Shown in pieces: positions 13,640 through 26,580 of a stretch of 64,000 bases of DNA (the first letter of the stretch is position 1; the number at the start of each line of letters is the position of its first letter). The notes under the pieces are model-generated. The model was not told the DNA's origin and searched no databases. It saw only the letters and a program-made list of their open reading frames with translations. The DNA is taken from assembly GCA_013265495.1 (NCBI GenBank), contig MU058213.1:620001-684000 (forward strand), in the 5' to 3' direction. The DNA comes from Vicugna vicugna. Its lineage: Eukaryota. The position numbers and the translations under genes were made by a program.

Positions 13640-14860
13640 ACACAGAAGCTTCAAGTTAGAGAATACCTTGGATGTTATCACCTCTCTGAAGGCCCCTCCT
13701 ACCCCCAGCAATTCCTTTTATAGAATCCCTGACAGGTGGCCACTGTTTTCCGATTGATTGCTTCCAGTGATGTAGAGCTCACTTCACCAGGAGGTCCTGT
13801 CCACTGTGGCTCAGTTCCAATACCCAAAACTGTCCTTTCTTATGCTGAGCCAGTATCTTCCTCTCTGAAATAGCCCTCCTGATGGTCTTAGATCTGAGCT
13901 CTAGTGCAACATGGAATAAATCTACTCTCTCCCTCTCTCCTCTGCAACAATGTTCCCCTTAGCAAATTGCTTTTCTGCAGGTTAAGCAGACCCAATCCCC
14001 TCATCTTTTCTTCATAGAAAAAATAGTTTCCACAGTCTCCCTGGATGTCTCTTTCTAATGAATTCTGACTTGTTATGCAAGGTAGCTCTTTTTATGTGGT
14101 ATCTATATTTGAACATGTAAGTCCAGAAGTCCTGAGCTGAATAGCACAGGTCCGGTACCCCTGTGACTTGAACACTGTTTTGCATTAACACAGTCTACAT
14201 TTTGTTATTTTGGTGGCTGCTCACACTGCATGAATATCTGTAACTTACTGTCACGTTACAAGGTCAAGCTAAGTCTCCCAAATCCTGGCCCTTTTCAAAT
14301 TTTCTGAACAAAAAATACTACATATTTTTTGCAGCCAAATGTTACCTCTTTTTTAAAAAAAATCATGATTTTGAATAGCTGTTCTGTCATCTATCACATT
14401 CTGATCTGAGTTCTGTATCTTTTTGAAATTCGGTATCTTAGCTCAAACATTGATAAACATATTACTCAGGTACAGACAAAGGGGGACAAATCTGTAGTTT
14501 TTCTTGAGAGCTTGAGGCCTCAAGATTAACGTCACTCCAGTAATCAGGACTCTTTGAATCACCCTTTCTCTGCAATAATTTAAACCCATTTCTCAATCTT
14601 ATTCATAAGGTGTCTTGACTTTGTGAAATGACTGACATCTTTGTTTAGTAATGTAATGATCCTATCAAGAAAGGAAGTAGTATTTCCTTGTCACTATTTA
14701 CCTGAAAACAACCCATGACGATTCCTATTAACTGTTACATTTTCCCTAACACCCTATGTTCAATGATCTACACCAGAAAAATTTCAAAGATTGGCATCAA
14801 GCTTAGTGGTCTACAATTCTAAAATCTGCTTTTCCCTCCATCTTGAAAATAAAAAAATAT
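13640..14860 (-). mobile_element. Ancient CR1/L3 LINE remnant
   Basis: Degenerate matches to recalled L3 sequence (ttccttatgctgagcc, ggaataaatctactctctc, ttggcatcaagcttagtggtcta). Confidence 0.5.
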
Positions 14861-15879
14861 CGACAGTTTATTTTCACAGAAAGATGGTAATCAAATTGGA
14901 AAAAGATGAAAATGAGTAGCCTAATGAGGGAATTTAAACTCACATGGGCAGAATGGGAGCAACTGGGTCACTCAACACTTAACTCCTCACTCATCTAAGC
15001 ATTCATCAGGTCCAGTTGATTTGGCCCCAAGAATATCACTTATATTGTCATCCCCTTTCTGTGCCCAGTAGAGACACAGCCTCTTTCTCTTATGCTTAAG
15101 CCAGAATTTAGATTGGGTTTTCTGCCCCTGTAACAGAAGGAACTGATTTACACAGGAAAGTGTGGCTTCTTAAAGGACATCAGAGGGTTGTTACCAGAGT
15201 AAGGTAGAATGAGTGCAGGGCAGAAAAAAACAATGTGTCCTGCCCTCTCCCTGTCGCCAGCCTTGCTCATCTAATCCACCCTTCCGGTTCTTTCTAAAAT
15301 ACTAGTTGAATCATCTCAACGCCTCTCCTTCTGCCTTTAGCATAAATCCAAAAGTCCTGGCATCCAATCAAGGCCTTCTCAGTCTGGTGCTGACTTGCCT
15401 TCATTCCCCCGGGGCTTGTCGGACTTCTCCCAGTGTGCCCAGCACATTCATGCCTTTGTACGTTCTGCCCTCTCATCTCGAAATGCCTTTTCTTCATACT
15501 TCCTGATGGAATCAAGCCCAGCTCAAATACTCTGTCTTCTAGTTGAAATTTTCCTGCTGTCCCCAGTCCTTGTCAACTGTTCCTTCCAACAACAGCAGGT
15601 AATTTGCATCTCTGCTCAGGAAGCAGCCGTCACATGCTGCCTAATGGTGTACTTACCTGTTCCTTTCCCACATTCATCCACTGCAACAGTGGCTTTCCAA
15701 CTCTTAACAATAGTAGAGCTCATAGCAATAACGAGCAGTAAACAGGGCCATCGTGATCCAACTGGCACATTTATATCTATCATATTCCATCGACTTTAAG
15801 ATGTATTTCTTCCATTTTAATATCTCTGAAATCAGGATGTGGCAATGGGCTATTATTATTCTGATTCTTTTCGCTGTTT

Positions 15880-16390
15880 TTAAAAAGACTTTATTCTTTT
15901 AGAGCAGTTTCAGGTGCACAACAAAATTGAGCAGAAAATACAGAGAGTTCGCACATATATATATATACTCCTCTACCCTCAACATCCCTCCTCAGTGTGG
16001 CACGTTTGGTACAATCGATGAACTAACATGGACACATTATTATCAACCAAAGTCCATAGTTTACATTAGGGTTCTCTCTTGATGTTGTACATTCTATGGG
16101 CTTTGACAAATGCATAATGACATGTAGCCGCCACTATAGTATGATACAGAATAATTGCATTGCCCTAAAAATCCCCTGTGCTCCATCTATTGATTCCTCC
16201 CTCCCTCCCTCTCCCCAGGCACCCGGAAACCACGATCTTTTTTATTGTTTCTGTAGCTGTGCCTTTTCCAGAATGTCATTTGGTTGGAATCATACAGTTT
16301 GTAGCCTTTTCAGACTGACTTCTTTCACTTATTAATATGTCTTTTAAGTTTCCTCCATGTCTTTAATGCCTTGATAGGTTTTCTTTTTTA
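15880..16390 (-). mobile_element. Old L1 3' end (L1MC/MD-like)
   Basis: tagagcagtttcaggtgcacaacaaaattgagcagaaaatacagagagttc...ccttttccagaatgtcat typical of L1M 3' UTR. Confidence 0.8.
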
Positions 16391-16500
16391 CTGCATATAT
16401 ATTTTTTAATTTACATATATGTACTGTTCATTGTTTCTAACAACGTTTAGAGCTGTAGCTTTCTAAACTTACATAGTTATCAAAGAAATACAGTTTTCAC

Positions 16501-16666
16501 TTTTTTTTTTAAGCCAGTATTTTATTTTACTTGGGTTTCTTCTGTTTCTGGTGTGTAGGGTGAAGGTAATTAGGTGTATTTATTTTTAGAGGAGGTACTG
16601 TTGATTGAACCCAGGACCTTGTGCATGCTAAGCATGCACTCTACCGTTTGAGCTATACCCTCCCCC
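16501..16666 (-). mobile_element. tRNA-derived SINE (Vic-1-like)
   Basis: Same consensus on the minus strand (gattgaacccaggaccttgtgcatgctaagcatgcactctacc...gagctataccctcccc), with poly(T) at the left end. Confidence 0.9.
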
Positions 16667-16833
16667 AGTTTTTGCTTAATAGTATGTAAAATAATGGCAT
16701 GTCATAATTGATGACATTTTAGATTTGCTGGAATATGATACATAACCAAAAATTTCACAACACAAATTTTACCCTTTGTTACAGGTGATGCCCTCTAATT
16801 TTTTTTTGCTCTATTTCAGTAAGCAAAAATGAA

Positions 16834-17091
16834 GATCATAAATCCACCAAAATGGTTCACTACACAAGGCAGTTTGAAAAACTACTTAACTAACTTAAGA
16901 GAATGTAAACTATTTATAGCCACACAATAGGATTAAGAACTAAAACCGACTACATTAACATGGATCATAAATCCACCAAAATGGTTCACTACACAAGGCA
17001 GTTTGAAAAACTACTTAACTAACTTAAGAGAATGTAAACTATTTATAGCCACACAATAGGATTAAGAACTAAAACCGACTACATTAACATG
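16834..17091. repeat. Perfect tandem duplication, 2 x 129 bp
   Basis: Unit gatcataaatccacc...ctacattaacatg at 16834-16962 is repeated identically at 16963-17091. Confidence 0.97.
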
Positions 17092-17099
17092 ATTTTACA

Positions 17100-17572
17100 A
17101 CTCCAGCATCTGCATAAAGATGAAATTCCAAGAAATTCTTGCCTAAATAGATGAAGTTGCACATAACTTGACTGCAGTGTCAAGAACTTCCTTGAAGTCC
17201 ATTTATCTGAACAACAGACTACCTAGTGACCTAGCTTTCCTCAGGGAAAATCGCCTCCTCCTTACCAAGATTACTCCACTGGGTTTATCAAACAACTGTT
17301 AACTCTAGCTTGATTCAAAACTCGCCCATCCCTGTGTTTATTAATCCTAAAGGATTATATCACAGATTTAACCCAATCTTAATCTTGCTTTCATTGAAAG
17401 ACCTATCCTAACTCAGAGCCCCTGAAACTATCCCACTCTTGACCTCCTCTTTGAGACGCTACTATAAGACTCTGCCCACACAGCGGTCTCTCTTAAATCC
17501 TGTAAGCAATAAATTTGGCTTTGCTTGATCAACAGGTTATTTTGGAGTTCTTTGATGGAAGTCAGGAGCTGA
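17100..17572 (+). mobile_element. Old solo ERV1 LTR (MER90/MER110-like)
   Basis: Ends gtaagcaataaatttggctttgcttgatcaacaggtt...gctgaca, resembling the R/U5 of this group. Confidence 0.55.
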
Positions 17573-18819
17573 CACATTATAAGCTCCTTGAGGGAAGGCA
17601 CAATGCTTATTGTTTATTCACCACCCCTCTCCACATGGTGATCAAACATTGATGGATGGGGAGGAATGGTGTTGGAACCTCAGGGGAGCCTAGAGCAGGG
17701 AGAGTAGGGATATATAGTGGTCATGGGTAAGGAGCTCCTGTTACAGAGAGGCTGCATCCACAAATAAGAAATCTTGTGGTTGGCACAAGCCTCCCCTTTC
17801 TCTTGGTTTTCTCTACTCACCACGTACTCTGCACACCTGGTACTCAGATGGCATTGTTTTAAATACAAAAAATATAAAACATTCAAGCACCATCCCAACA
17901 CTTAACTTCAAGCCACTGTGTGATCTTTGAAGTGGTCTTTGCCTCATGCTTGAAGCTTGAAGATGTGCATAATAATGGATAAAGGGCTGCCAAACATTTG
18001 GCTCTCATCTGGAATGAGGTTAAGTCACTGAAAAAATATGTTGACCTGCGTCTCTAATTTCATAAATACCTAGATAAATTTTACATAAACACTGGAAAGG
18101 CTCTTTGGATTCAATAAGCCATGATACATAAAATCAGCTTGCTGTTTGTCCAAGTGGGCCCATGAAGGCACCAACCAATCTATGCTCCCCACTTATCTCA
18201 CAGTGTATCCCTGCCCAAATTCTACGCTTCCCTCAAATCGGCCTAGTCCCAGTTCCTGCAACAAGCCAGGTGCTCTCCTTCCTGTCTTTGCTCATTCTGT
18301 TCCCTCCCTAGGAACAGGTACCCTCTCATCTCCTCTTGTCATGTGGGTTCCTTCCGATCCAGCTGAAAAGCCACCGGTGGCCTTTGGGAACCTTAACACT
18401 TGACCTTTAACGTGTTTGTCTTATTCGTCAGCTGTTGCCTTCCAGGTCCCCAGGGACGGGGACGAAAGCCTTATTCCTCTAGGTTGCCCAGTGGCTTGCA
18501 CGTAGTAGGTGCGCAGTAAATGCTTCCAAAGAGTTTGATCATCTTGTGCTCTAGTGCTGGGGCAGGTAATGGAGCAAATACGGCCCGTCAGTTCACCTCC
18601 ACGCCAGCCCCCCGGCCCCGCCCACCGGAGGCAGCAGACGAGCCCGCGTGCCTCTCCCACCGCCCCCGCCGCGCACGGAGCCCAGTCACGGGCGTTGGAA
18701 ATTCCGGCGCGTGCCGGCGCGCTGGGCCGGGCGGGGGCGGGGGAACCCGTGGAGTGAGCCTGTGACGTGAGGGGGCGTGCCTCCAGGACGCCCCGCCCCC
18801 TCTTCCTCGCCCTCTCTCG

Positions 18820-18959
18820 CGGGTCGGGGTTACATGGCGGCGACTGCGGCAAAGCGAGAGCCTCGGAGACGCCGCTGCCGCCAGCACAGCCGGAGACCTG
18901 AGCCGACACTGGGGGCTGTCTGTGGGCCTCGCACTCCCTCGATGAGTCGGAGAAGTCCC
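18820..18959 (+). other. MAPK6: MAPK6 exon 1 (non-coding; 5' start approximate)
   Basis: Inside the CpG island. Consensus donor CCC|GTGAGT at 18959/18960. The junction ...AGAAGTCCC|GTTGTATCAG matches my recollection of mammalian MAPK6 mRNA. The TSS cannot be determined from sequence. Confidence 0.85.
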
Positions 18960-19194
18960 GTGAGTATGTGTGTGTACGTGTGCGGGGCGCGCCGCCGGGG
19001 CGGCTCGGGAGGGCGCCGCGGCGGGCCCGGCGGCGGCGGAGCCGGCTCCCTCCTCCATTGTGTGTGACCCTCCGGCGGCCGCCGCTCAACAAAGGCGCTT
19101 TTGTTCCGTCTCCCGCCCGCCCCCGGCCCTCCCGCCGCCTCTCCCGCTGGGGCCTGGCCGGCGCGTCCCCGCGCGGGCCGGCGGGCGGCGGGCC

Positions 19195-19242
19195 NNNNNN
19201 NNNNNNNNNNNNNNNNNNNNNNNNNNNNNNNNNNNNNNNNNN
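19195..19242. other. Assembly gap (48 N)
   Basis: Run of N inside the most GC-rich part of the island. Confidence 1.
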
Positions 19243-22200
19243 CCGCTGCCCGCGCCCGGCTCCGCGGGTTCGGAGCCCGGCGGGGCCGGCGCACGCGGGG
19301 CGGTGGCCGGGAGGGCCGGCCCGCCCGGGGAGCGTGAGGTGGCGCGGAGTCTCGCCTTCCTGGCACGCTGCCTTTCGAAATGCTCCCGCGTCTCCTCCCC
19401 CATCCCACTCGGGTGACTCGGCCTCAGCTGACTCCGGCCGGGCAAAGTCTCCGGCGCACTCGGCAAATTGCGTAGGGCGCGCGCGCGCGCGCGGCTCACA
19501 CGGCTCTGCTCAGAGCCCTGAACTCCTCTGCCCGAGTTGAGTCTAACCATAAATCAGGTACAGAGAACTGGTCCGAATCGGAATTCCTAATTTCCTCCCC
19601 GCTTCTACTTCAGCCTTGCTTGAGCTGCGTCCGGGACGTTGAGCGACGGGGGTCTGTGAAAGCCCCCAAATGAAAACTTGTTTTGTCAGTTCACTAAAAA
19701 GGGGCCTCCTCGCTTCGCTGTGCATTTTTCTCTGACTTGGTGAGGTGCGTTGAAAAGTAAAGGTGCCCTGGCCGCCTTTTGTTCCTTGGCTTAGTGAGAC
19801 TCGATTGGTTCAAGTGTTACGTGGGAGCTCTATGAAGCATGATCTTTTTGATTCCTTTCCTGTTTTATTTTTTTCTTTTGCTTGCTCATTGGAAAAAGTC
19901 CAGGAAAGGGAAGCTGGTGAGGTGGAATTAGAAGCCTGCTGCATTTGCAGCAAAATTCATGTTCTTTCCTCCAATACAAGAAATGCTAAAATTCAATCTT
20001 CGTATTAACTTTTTTTTTTTTTTAACGGATACAAGATGATTTGTCGAGGGCAGAGAAAAATGAACAGGGGACAGAATGAAGTGAAAACAGCTTCAGTAGT
20101 TTTCTGATGGCTTAATTCTAGCCTTGTTATTTTTTTTAAGTTCTAATTGGACATACCTTCTCTTTTCAACTTTGGGAGACTGAGATGGAAAGAATAATCT
20201 GACTAGAAGAATGTAGGGTCCAAACAGGGCTGGGCCCTGAAAGGGAACTGTCTCTCGAGTTCTTAGAAATGTCAGATTTTAACGTTTGAAATATAATTTC
20301 TAGTTGGGTGGGAGAAACTTTACATTTGTTTAAGGCTTAATTGTTCACACATGTTTATGAAGGGGTTGCTACGTGCCAAGGAGCATAAGGTTCTTTCACA
20401 TGTATGTCCTACATCACTTAATAAGAATTGCCTTATGAAACTTGTACAATTGCTTGTTGGTGTCCTAAATTCAGTAATTGTAGTCATCTAAGAAATATGC
20501 TAGTTTTGAGCAGGGCATGTTTTAATCACCTAAGTATTACTATTCAGAAATAAGCTCTGGCAAGTGAAGAACTGTTTATAAAAACCTTCATATTTGAGCA
20601 TATTTTGCAGTTATTATTTGCAAAATGGGACTAAAAATGTTTGCTACCTTTCCATGATTAAGAACGAATCCAGAGAAGATTGATGTGAAGATGAGTTAAT
20701 TTTGTAATAGAAAAAGCATATGTTCTGATGACAAGTGTTGGTACTAAAAGTGTTGCAGCATTTTGCGTAAGTTAATTTAAGCATCATGAGAATTCATAAC
20801 TGACAAAATAGTAAGGTTTGCTGACTCAGGGTACATTGCTGAAGGGGATGGGGTCGGGTAGGAGGAAGCTTAGAAGTGCTGCAAGTTTTGAGTTGGGTGA
20901 TGACTCATCCTGCCCACGGACTGCTACGTGGCCCTTTTTTTTTTTATACACTGTATTTTTTTAAATGATAGGCTAAAATGCTTCTGTCTACATTATAATT
21001 CTCATAGAGAAGCCACAGTTTTTCTAAAAAAATAATGGCTTCTTGAATTGCATTTTAAAAGGATATCATGTATCTTGCAGGTGGAATTTTGTAATATTTG
21101 CTGGGAGGAAAGATAGAATTAATTTATGTCCTGTTGCAATTAAATATTTGATACTAAAATTTTTTTTAAAATTGATACTAACAGCTCCTTAGTTATTACT
21201 GAGAGAGATTTCTTATCAATTATTTACAAAGAATAGTACTTTTGTGGTGTGAATCAAAATTAACATTTTTTCCCATTGGTAATGTAAAAGTTATCTTTAT
21301 AATGTCTAGAAATTAGTTTAAATAAGTTGTAAAAGCACAGAAGTATTTAATCAGGTACAGCTCTGAACCTATGAGCATTTCATTCTGATGGAATTATACG
21401 TGGTGCTTTCTCTTGATCTGTAGGAATTTGCTGTTTTTGTAAAGACAGCTTGAAACAGGTATTGTTATAGGCAGGATTTTTCATCAATCTTTTTCTAAGA
21501 TAAGCTGAATGTACAGTTCCAAATTTAGGACTTTAGTTGAAATTTGGTAATAAAATATTTTGACTGTAGAAAGCCATTTTTTTTATCAGGTTGGCATAAA
21601 ATAAAATTAAGGAGGGGAAAAAAGATTGAGAACAGCAGTTTGTTTTAAAAGTAAGAAGAAAAAAACTTCCCACTCCCAAGTTTTTAGTTGTATACTTATC
21701 TTCTCAAAATGATTTATTTGAAGAGTTTTGTGGGCAGTAAAGTGTATTAATGTAAATTAAATCTTTGGAGAGATTTTAGAAGAACATTGCATGACTTATA
21801 TAAAGGAACTTTAATAACATTTAATTCAAACTTTAAATTTCCTTCTAAAGGAAATAAAAAATATAAAAGGATTGTATATTTTCAAAAGCATCCTCTTACA
21901 GGTTGAACATGTATTTCCAGTTTTTTTTTAAGTGTAGGTAATTAGCCGTCATGCTTACTTCATCTTAGCCTGTCTTTTCTATGAGGTTTTGCCTCATGAA
22001 ACCGTGAGCCTTACCACTGCTATCCAATTCCTTGTTTGCATTGCCCTCTTGAACTGTATTACTCTAGGGCTGCTGTTAAAAGAAGATGCCTCAAAAGTAA
22101 ATTCTTTGTAGCATTGTTGGCTCCTTCAGCCTGTTTTGTGAGTTATTAATGTTACCCTAAGTCCTGCTAGGGGCAGGATTTTGGTTGGTTTTATTGCTCA

Positions 22201-22711
22201 GAGCCCTGACTGAGACTTTACAAAAACGATGTTCCTATAGTCAGTGACTTTTTCCTGGGAGTTGCTTTTCATGTGGAGCTAATGCATTTAAAGTTAATAG
22301 TGGTGTGGGCTGAGTCTACCATTGGTTTTTTTCTTCCATGAACTGCATATTTGGAAAATATAGTATACCCCTTTGTCTTACATACCTGTCAGCCTTTTAA
22401 ATCCATTTCTGAAAAGTTGTACAGAAGTTGAATGTTTATATAGCAAATTACATTTTCCCATTGATTTGCATTTAAATTTGATATGTCTTTTCATGGGAAA
22501 ATAAACAGTATCACAGAAAATGTTTGTTAGAATCCTAATGTTTACTTCAGGGGAAGAAACTGCCTCTGCAGACTGAGAAATCTGTGTGCATTTAATTCTG
22601 TACAATCATAAAACTATAATATTAGTGTTTATGGAGGGTTGAGGACATTATCTTGCCCTAGGTACATCACTTGACAGCTCAGGAAACTAAGGCCCGGAGA
22701 GATCTAAAACC

Positions 22712-22878
22712 TTGGTACTAACAGTATGATTTCTGGACCAGCAGTATTAGCAGCATCTGAGAATTTGTTAGAAGTGCAGAATCTTAACCCCATCTCAAGA
22801 CTTACTGAGTTAGAACCTACATTTTAACTAGATTCTTGGGTGATTGAAATGCACATTCATTTCTAGAAGCACTGCTAA
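22712..22878. mobile_element. MER5A-like hAT-Charlie relic nested in a MIR
   Basis: ggaccagcagtattagcagcatctgagaatttgttagaagtgcagaatc...agaagcactg, with MIR halves either side (aggaaactaaggccc / cctggttagtgac). Confidence 0.75.
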
Positions 22879-22996
22879 GTGATGCATACACAGTTGCTCA
22901 CCTGGTTAGTGACTGATCTGGAAAACTTAGGTCTTCTGAGTTGCTCTTTCCATTGGCCCTCTTGAAAAAAGTCAAAAGGAAAATTGAGAATCTAAT

Positions 22997-23193
22997 GGCT
23001 GTCCAGTAGAACTTTCTGTGATGATACAAGTGTTCTATTCTGTGCTGTCCAATGAGATCACCACTAGCCACATGTAACTATTGAGCATTTGACAGGTGGC
23101 TAATGCACCTGCAGAACTGAATTTTTTAATTTAATTTTAATTTATACTTAAAGAGCTGTATGAAGTTAGTGGCTACTATATTGGACAGCACAG
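22997..23193. mobile_element. MER3-like hAT-Charlie relic
   Basis: Inverted ends gctgtccagtag ... atattggacagc, with internal ccactagccacatg. Confidence 0.75.
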
Positions 23194-23589
23194 ATTTAGA
23201 TGATCTTTGCCTACACTACGTTTAAAGTCTAAGCTATAATTTATAACTGATTAGGCATAATTCAATAATTTCCTTTTTCATTTACAAATTGGAAAGATGG
23301 TATGTTTGTTAACTACCTACTTTCCTAATATGCCCAGATATTATTTTAGTAATTATTATAAAGCAGTGCCAATTTTCTGGTTGATACTCCTGTGTTCAAT
23401 AATGTTCAGTAATAATCTAGGTTGTAAGAATATACATTTTCTCATTTGTCTCAATAAAGATATTTTCACTTGGACTTTAAAAAAATAAAAATACCTGTTA
23501 AGTAAGTATTTCTTAATTATCTTGTGGATAGCATTGAGAGTTTTCTCCCCTGACCTAGTACCTCCAGGCTTTCTGGCACTTGGTGATAG

Positions 23590-24175
23590 CTGCCAGATTG
23601 AGCTGAAATGGCTTTTAATTGGTCTCTGCTTTCACTTGACCGTCTTCTTCAGTCCATTCTCCTCCCAGTAGCCAGAATCATCTTTTTAAAATGTAAGTGA
23701 AACCATGACAGTTGTCTGCTTAAAATCCTTCAGTAGCTTTCCTTTGCTCTTAGTTATAAAATTCAGAATCATACCTCATGTATTTGTTTCCATCTGTCCA
23801 GTGTTATCTGCACATCAGCCTCTGCTCCCTTTGCTCAGGATGCTGTTGCTCACTGGCATCTTTTCTTTTCCTTGAAAATACAAGTTCTGTCCTACTCTAG
23901 GTTGTATTTGCCTTTTCCTCTATTTGGAACGCTCTTATCCCATCTCTTAACAATGCTGGTTTCTTCTGATCATTCAGATTTCAGCTCCTTAGATGGCCAT
24001 TTCCAAACCACCCAGTCATAGCACTTGGCCAAACCTGAAGTTATGTTACTAGTTTACTTGTTAGTCTTTTCTTACTAGAATGTAAACTCACTGGAAGCAG
24101 AACTTTAACTGTCTTACCTCCACTGTACTATCAAACAATGCCTGACACATACCAAGTGCTCAGTAAATTTTTGTG
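23590..24175 (-). mobile_element. L2 LINE 3' fragment
   Basis: tagaatgtaaactc...atgcctgacacataccaagtgctcagtaaattt L2 terminus; strand follows the usual L2 annotation convention and is uncertain. Confidence 0.65.
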
Positions 24176-25129
24176 CACTGTACAAAATGTTTGATTCCCT
24201 TAAACTTCTAAAGGGAAAAAGTATGTTAAAGATTGCATTATAGTCATTGTAACATGTGATTCTGGGTTTTCGGCTTGCAAGTACCTTATTGATACCATTG
24301 TAAAAACTTAAGTAGGATCTGAGCATTAGTGTTAAATTCCTAATTTTAATTACTATAGTTTGGTTATGCAGAAGAATGTCTTGTCTCTGAGAGTATACTC
24401 TACTATCAAAGGGTTGGGAGGGAATGTGTAATGTACTTGTCAGTAAGTTAACATTATTATTTGAGAGATGATCATGGGCTTTATTTACAAACTTGAGGTT
24501 CAAATCCTGGCTCTCACTGATGTGTGATTTTGAATGCATTATTTAAATTCTCTGAAGATCTTAAGACCCATTTTTCAATGCTGTTAGGATTAAATGTAAG
24601 AGTGGTATGCTTCACACATAATACAGTCTTAATCAAGCTTGCTATTGTTCCTCTGTTCTTTTGAAATTCAAATATTAAAAAAATCCTGTTCTCGTGTTCA
24701 GTGCTGTGACTTCCTTTATAATATAAACAATTTTTTCATTAATTACTTTTATAATAGCTGATAATGTAGGCTAAATGTGCACCAGACATATTGTCTTCAA
24801 ATTAGAACTTTGAGCCATATTCCATAATATAGTTTTTTAATATCCTAAAACTGTATAGTTTCAAAATTGAAAGTAGAGCACTTCAAAATGATTTCAATTA
24901 AAATGTGTATTTGTCTTGATTAACATGGTTAATTTCTGTTTTCTTAGGAAGTGCCAATGAATCTGTGGTATTTAAATATAATGTGTTAGTTTATATTGTT
25001 ATTGATGTAAAAGCATGCAAAAACTGCTTAGCAAAATAAATCATTACTTAAAATTGGTGATTTATTTAGTTTTCTCTAGTTTTCCTTACCTTTACTCCCC
25101 ATTGATGGACATGTTATTAGTAAGCATCA

Positions 25130-26580
25130 AGACCAAAAAAGGAAAAGGTATTTAAAGATAACCCATGAGCCTTTTATTATTTATCACAGTCTGAGTAATA
25201 TAACTACTTCACTAACACAGCAAACCTTACAGTTGCATGATTCAGTTTACCTCCTAGCATTTTGTGCCCTTGTATTTTACTTTTGCATGTGCTATAAACC
25301 CCACTATACATTAATACTTTTGCTTTAAGCAATCAGTAGTCTCTTAGGGACACTTAAACATGTGCATTGTTTTTTTGGTTGGTTTTTTAGGCTTTTTATA
25401 TTTTCCAGTTACTTTTTCTGCAGATCTGGGGTTCCATTTGGTGTCATTTTCCTTTACCCTAACGAACATCTTTTAGCATTTTTTGTAGTGAAAGTGCTGG
25501 AGACAAATTATTTTTGCTTTTGTCTCTTTGAAAATACTTTTATTTCATCTTGTATTTCCCTAGATTTAGACTTCTGGGTTGATAGTTTTTCTTTTGGCAC
25601 TTGAAAGTTTGTGTTGTCGTCTGGCTTTCATTGTTTCCAATGATAAGTTAGCCATCGTTCCTATTATTTTTCCCTAGTATATACTTTTTCTTTTTTCCAT
25701 AGTTGCTTTTAAGATTTGGTCTCCCCACCCCACCCGACCCCACCCCACCCTGCCCCTACCATTTTCAGCAGTTTAACTATGATGTGCCTAGGTATGGGTT
25801 TCTTTGTATTTATCCTGCCTGTGACTCATTGAGCTTCTGTGTCAGTGAGTTGATGTCTTTGATCAGTTTTGGAAAGTTTTGTCTGTTATGTCATCACATA
25901 CTTCTGCCCTGTCAGCTTTCTGAACCTTGATGCTCTCTACTTTGCAGCCTAGCTGCCAGCTCTTTGGATTGCTTAGACATTTTCTTTGCTTTCCACTACC
26001 ACCTCAGGTTTTCTTTACCTCATTTTTTTTGCCCATTTTCTTAGAAAGAATATCATCTGCCTTACTCAGAGTGCCTTGGAGAGGTTTATCTCACAATTCC
26101 TGTCTTGTCCTCCATCTACAGAGGACAGCTGTCTTGGACACAGTGGAGGCCCATATGGTTCATGAGATTTTCTCTCAGCTTTCTTGCCTTGCCCTCAGAC
26201 TTGTGCAGTCAGAGAAGACCCATGGGGAAGAGTTGGCAGGTAGGGCTTGTAACTGGACTTCCTCTGAATTCTAATCTGTCACCTGAATCCACATGCTGTC
26301 ATTAAAGTTTGCTTATAAATTTGGCTGATTCTTCTTAATCTTATTAGTGGAAATTTCTTATTCTCTTACCACTTTGCCAGGAATAAGAATAACCATGGTG
26401 TCTTGTCTTATGAAGGGCTTTACATTACCTGGAATTTATTTAGAGTTCTTTGCATCATCAGCTTTCTGATGGGTATTTTAAAACCTACAATTTTGTGACT
26501 TAACTTAGTTTATCATGGTTTATAGGGTTGAGAGTAATGGTGTCTTGCCACTTTCTGCATTCCAGTCAGAAGTGGAAATC
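25130..26580 (-). mobile_element. Old L1M (L1ME-like) fragments
   Basis: T-rich antisense L1 5'/ORF1-region sequence (cagcagtttaactatgatgtgcctaggtatggg). Confidence 0.6.

Larger units (their letters stand above)
18580..19660. promoter_or_regulatory. CpG island / MAPK6 promoter
   Basis: Very GC- and CpG-rich in an AT-rich background. GC boxes (ccccgccc ~18617, gggggcgggg ~18733), CRE-like TGACGTGA 18763-18770, kB-like TGGAAATTCC 18696-18705, YY1-like ACATGGCGGC 18832-18841. No obvious TATA box. Confidence 0.93.

Noticed and set aside
18421..19550. Many long ORFs (150-223 aa) on both strands
   Set aside because: Low-complexity Arg/Pro/Gly/Ala products of stop-codon depletion in a CpG island; several cross the N gap.
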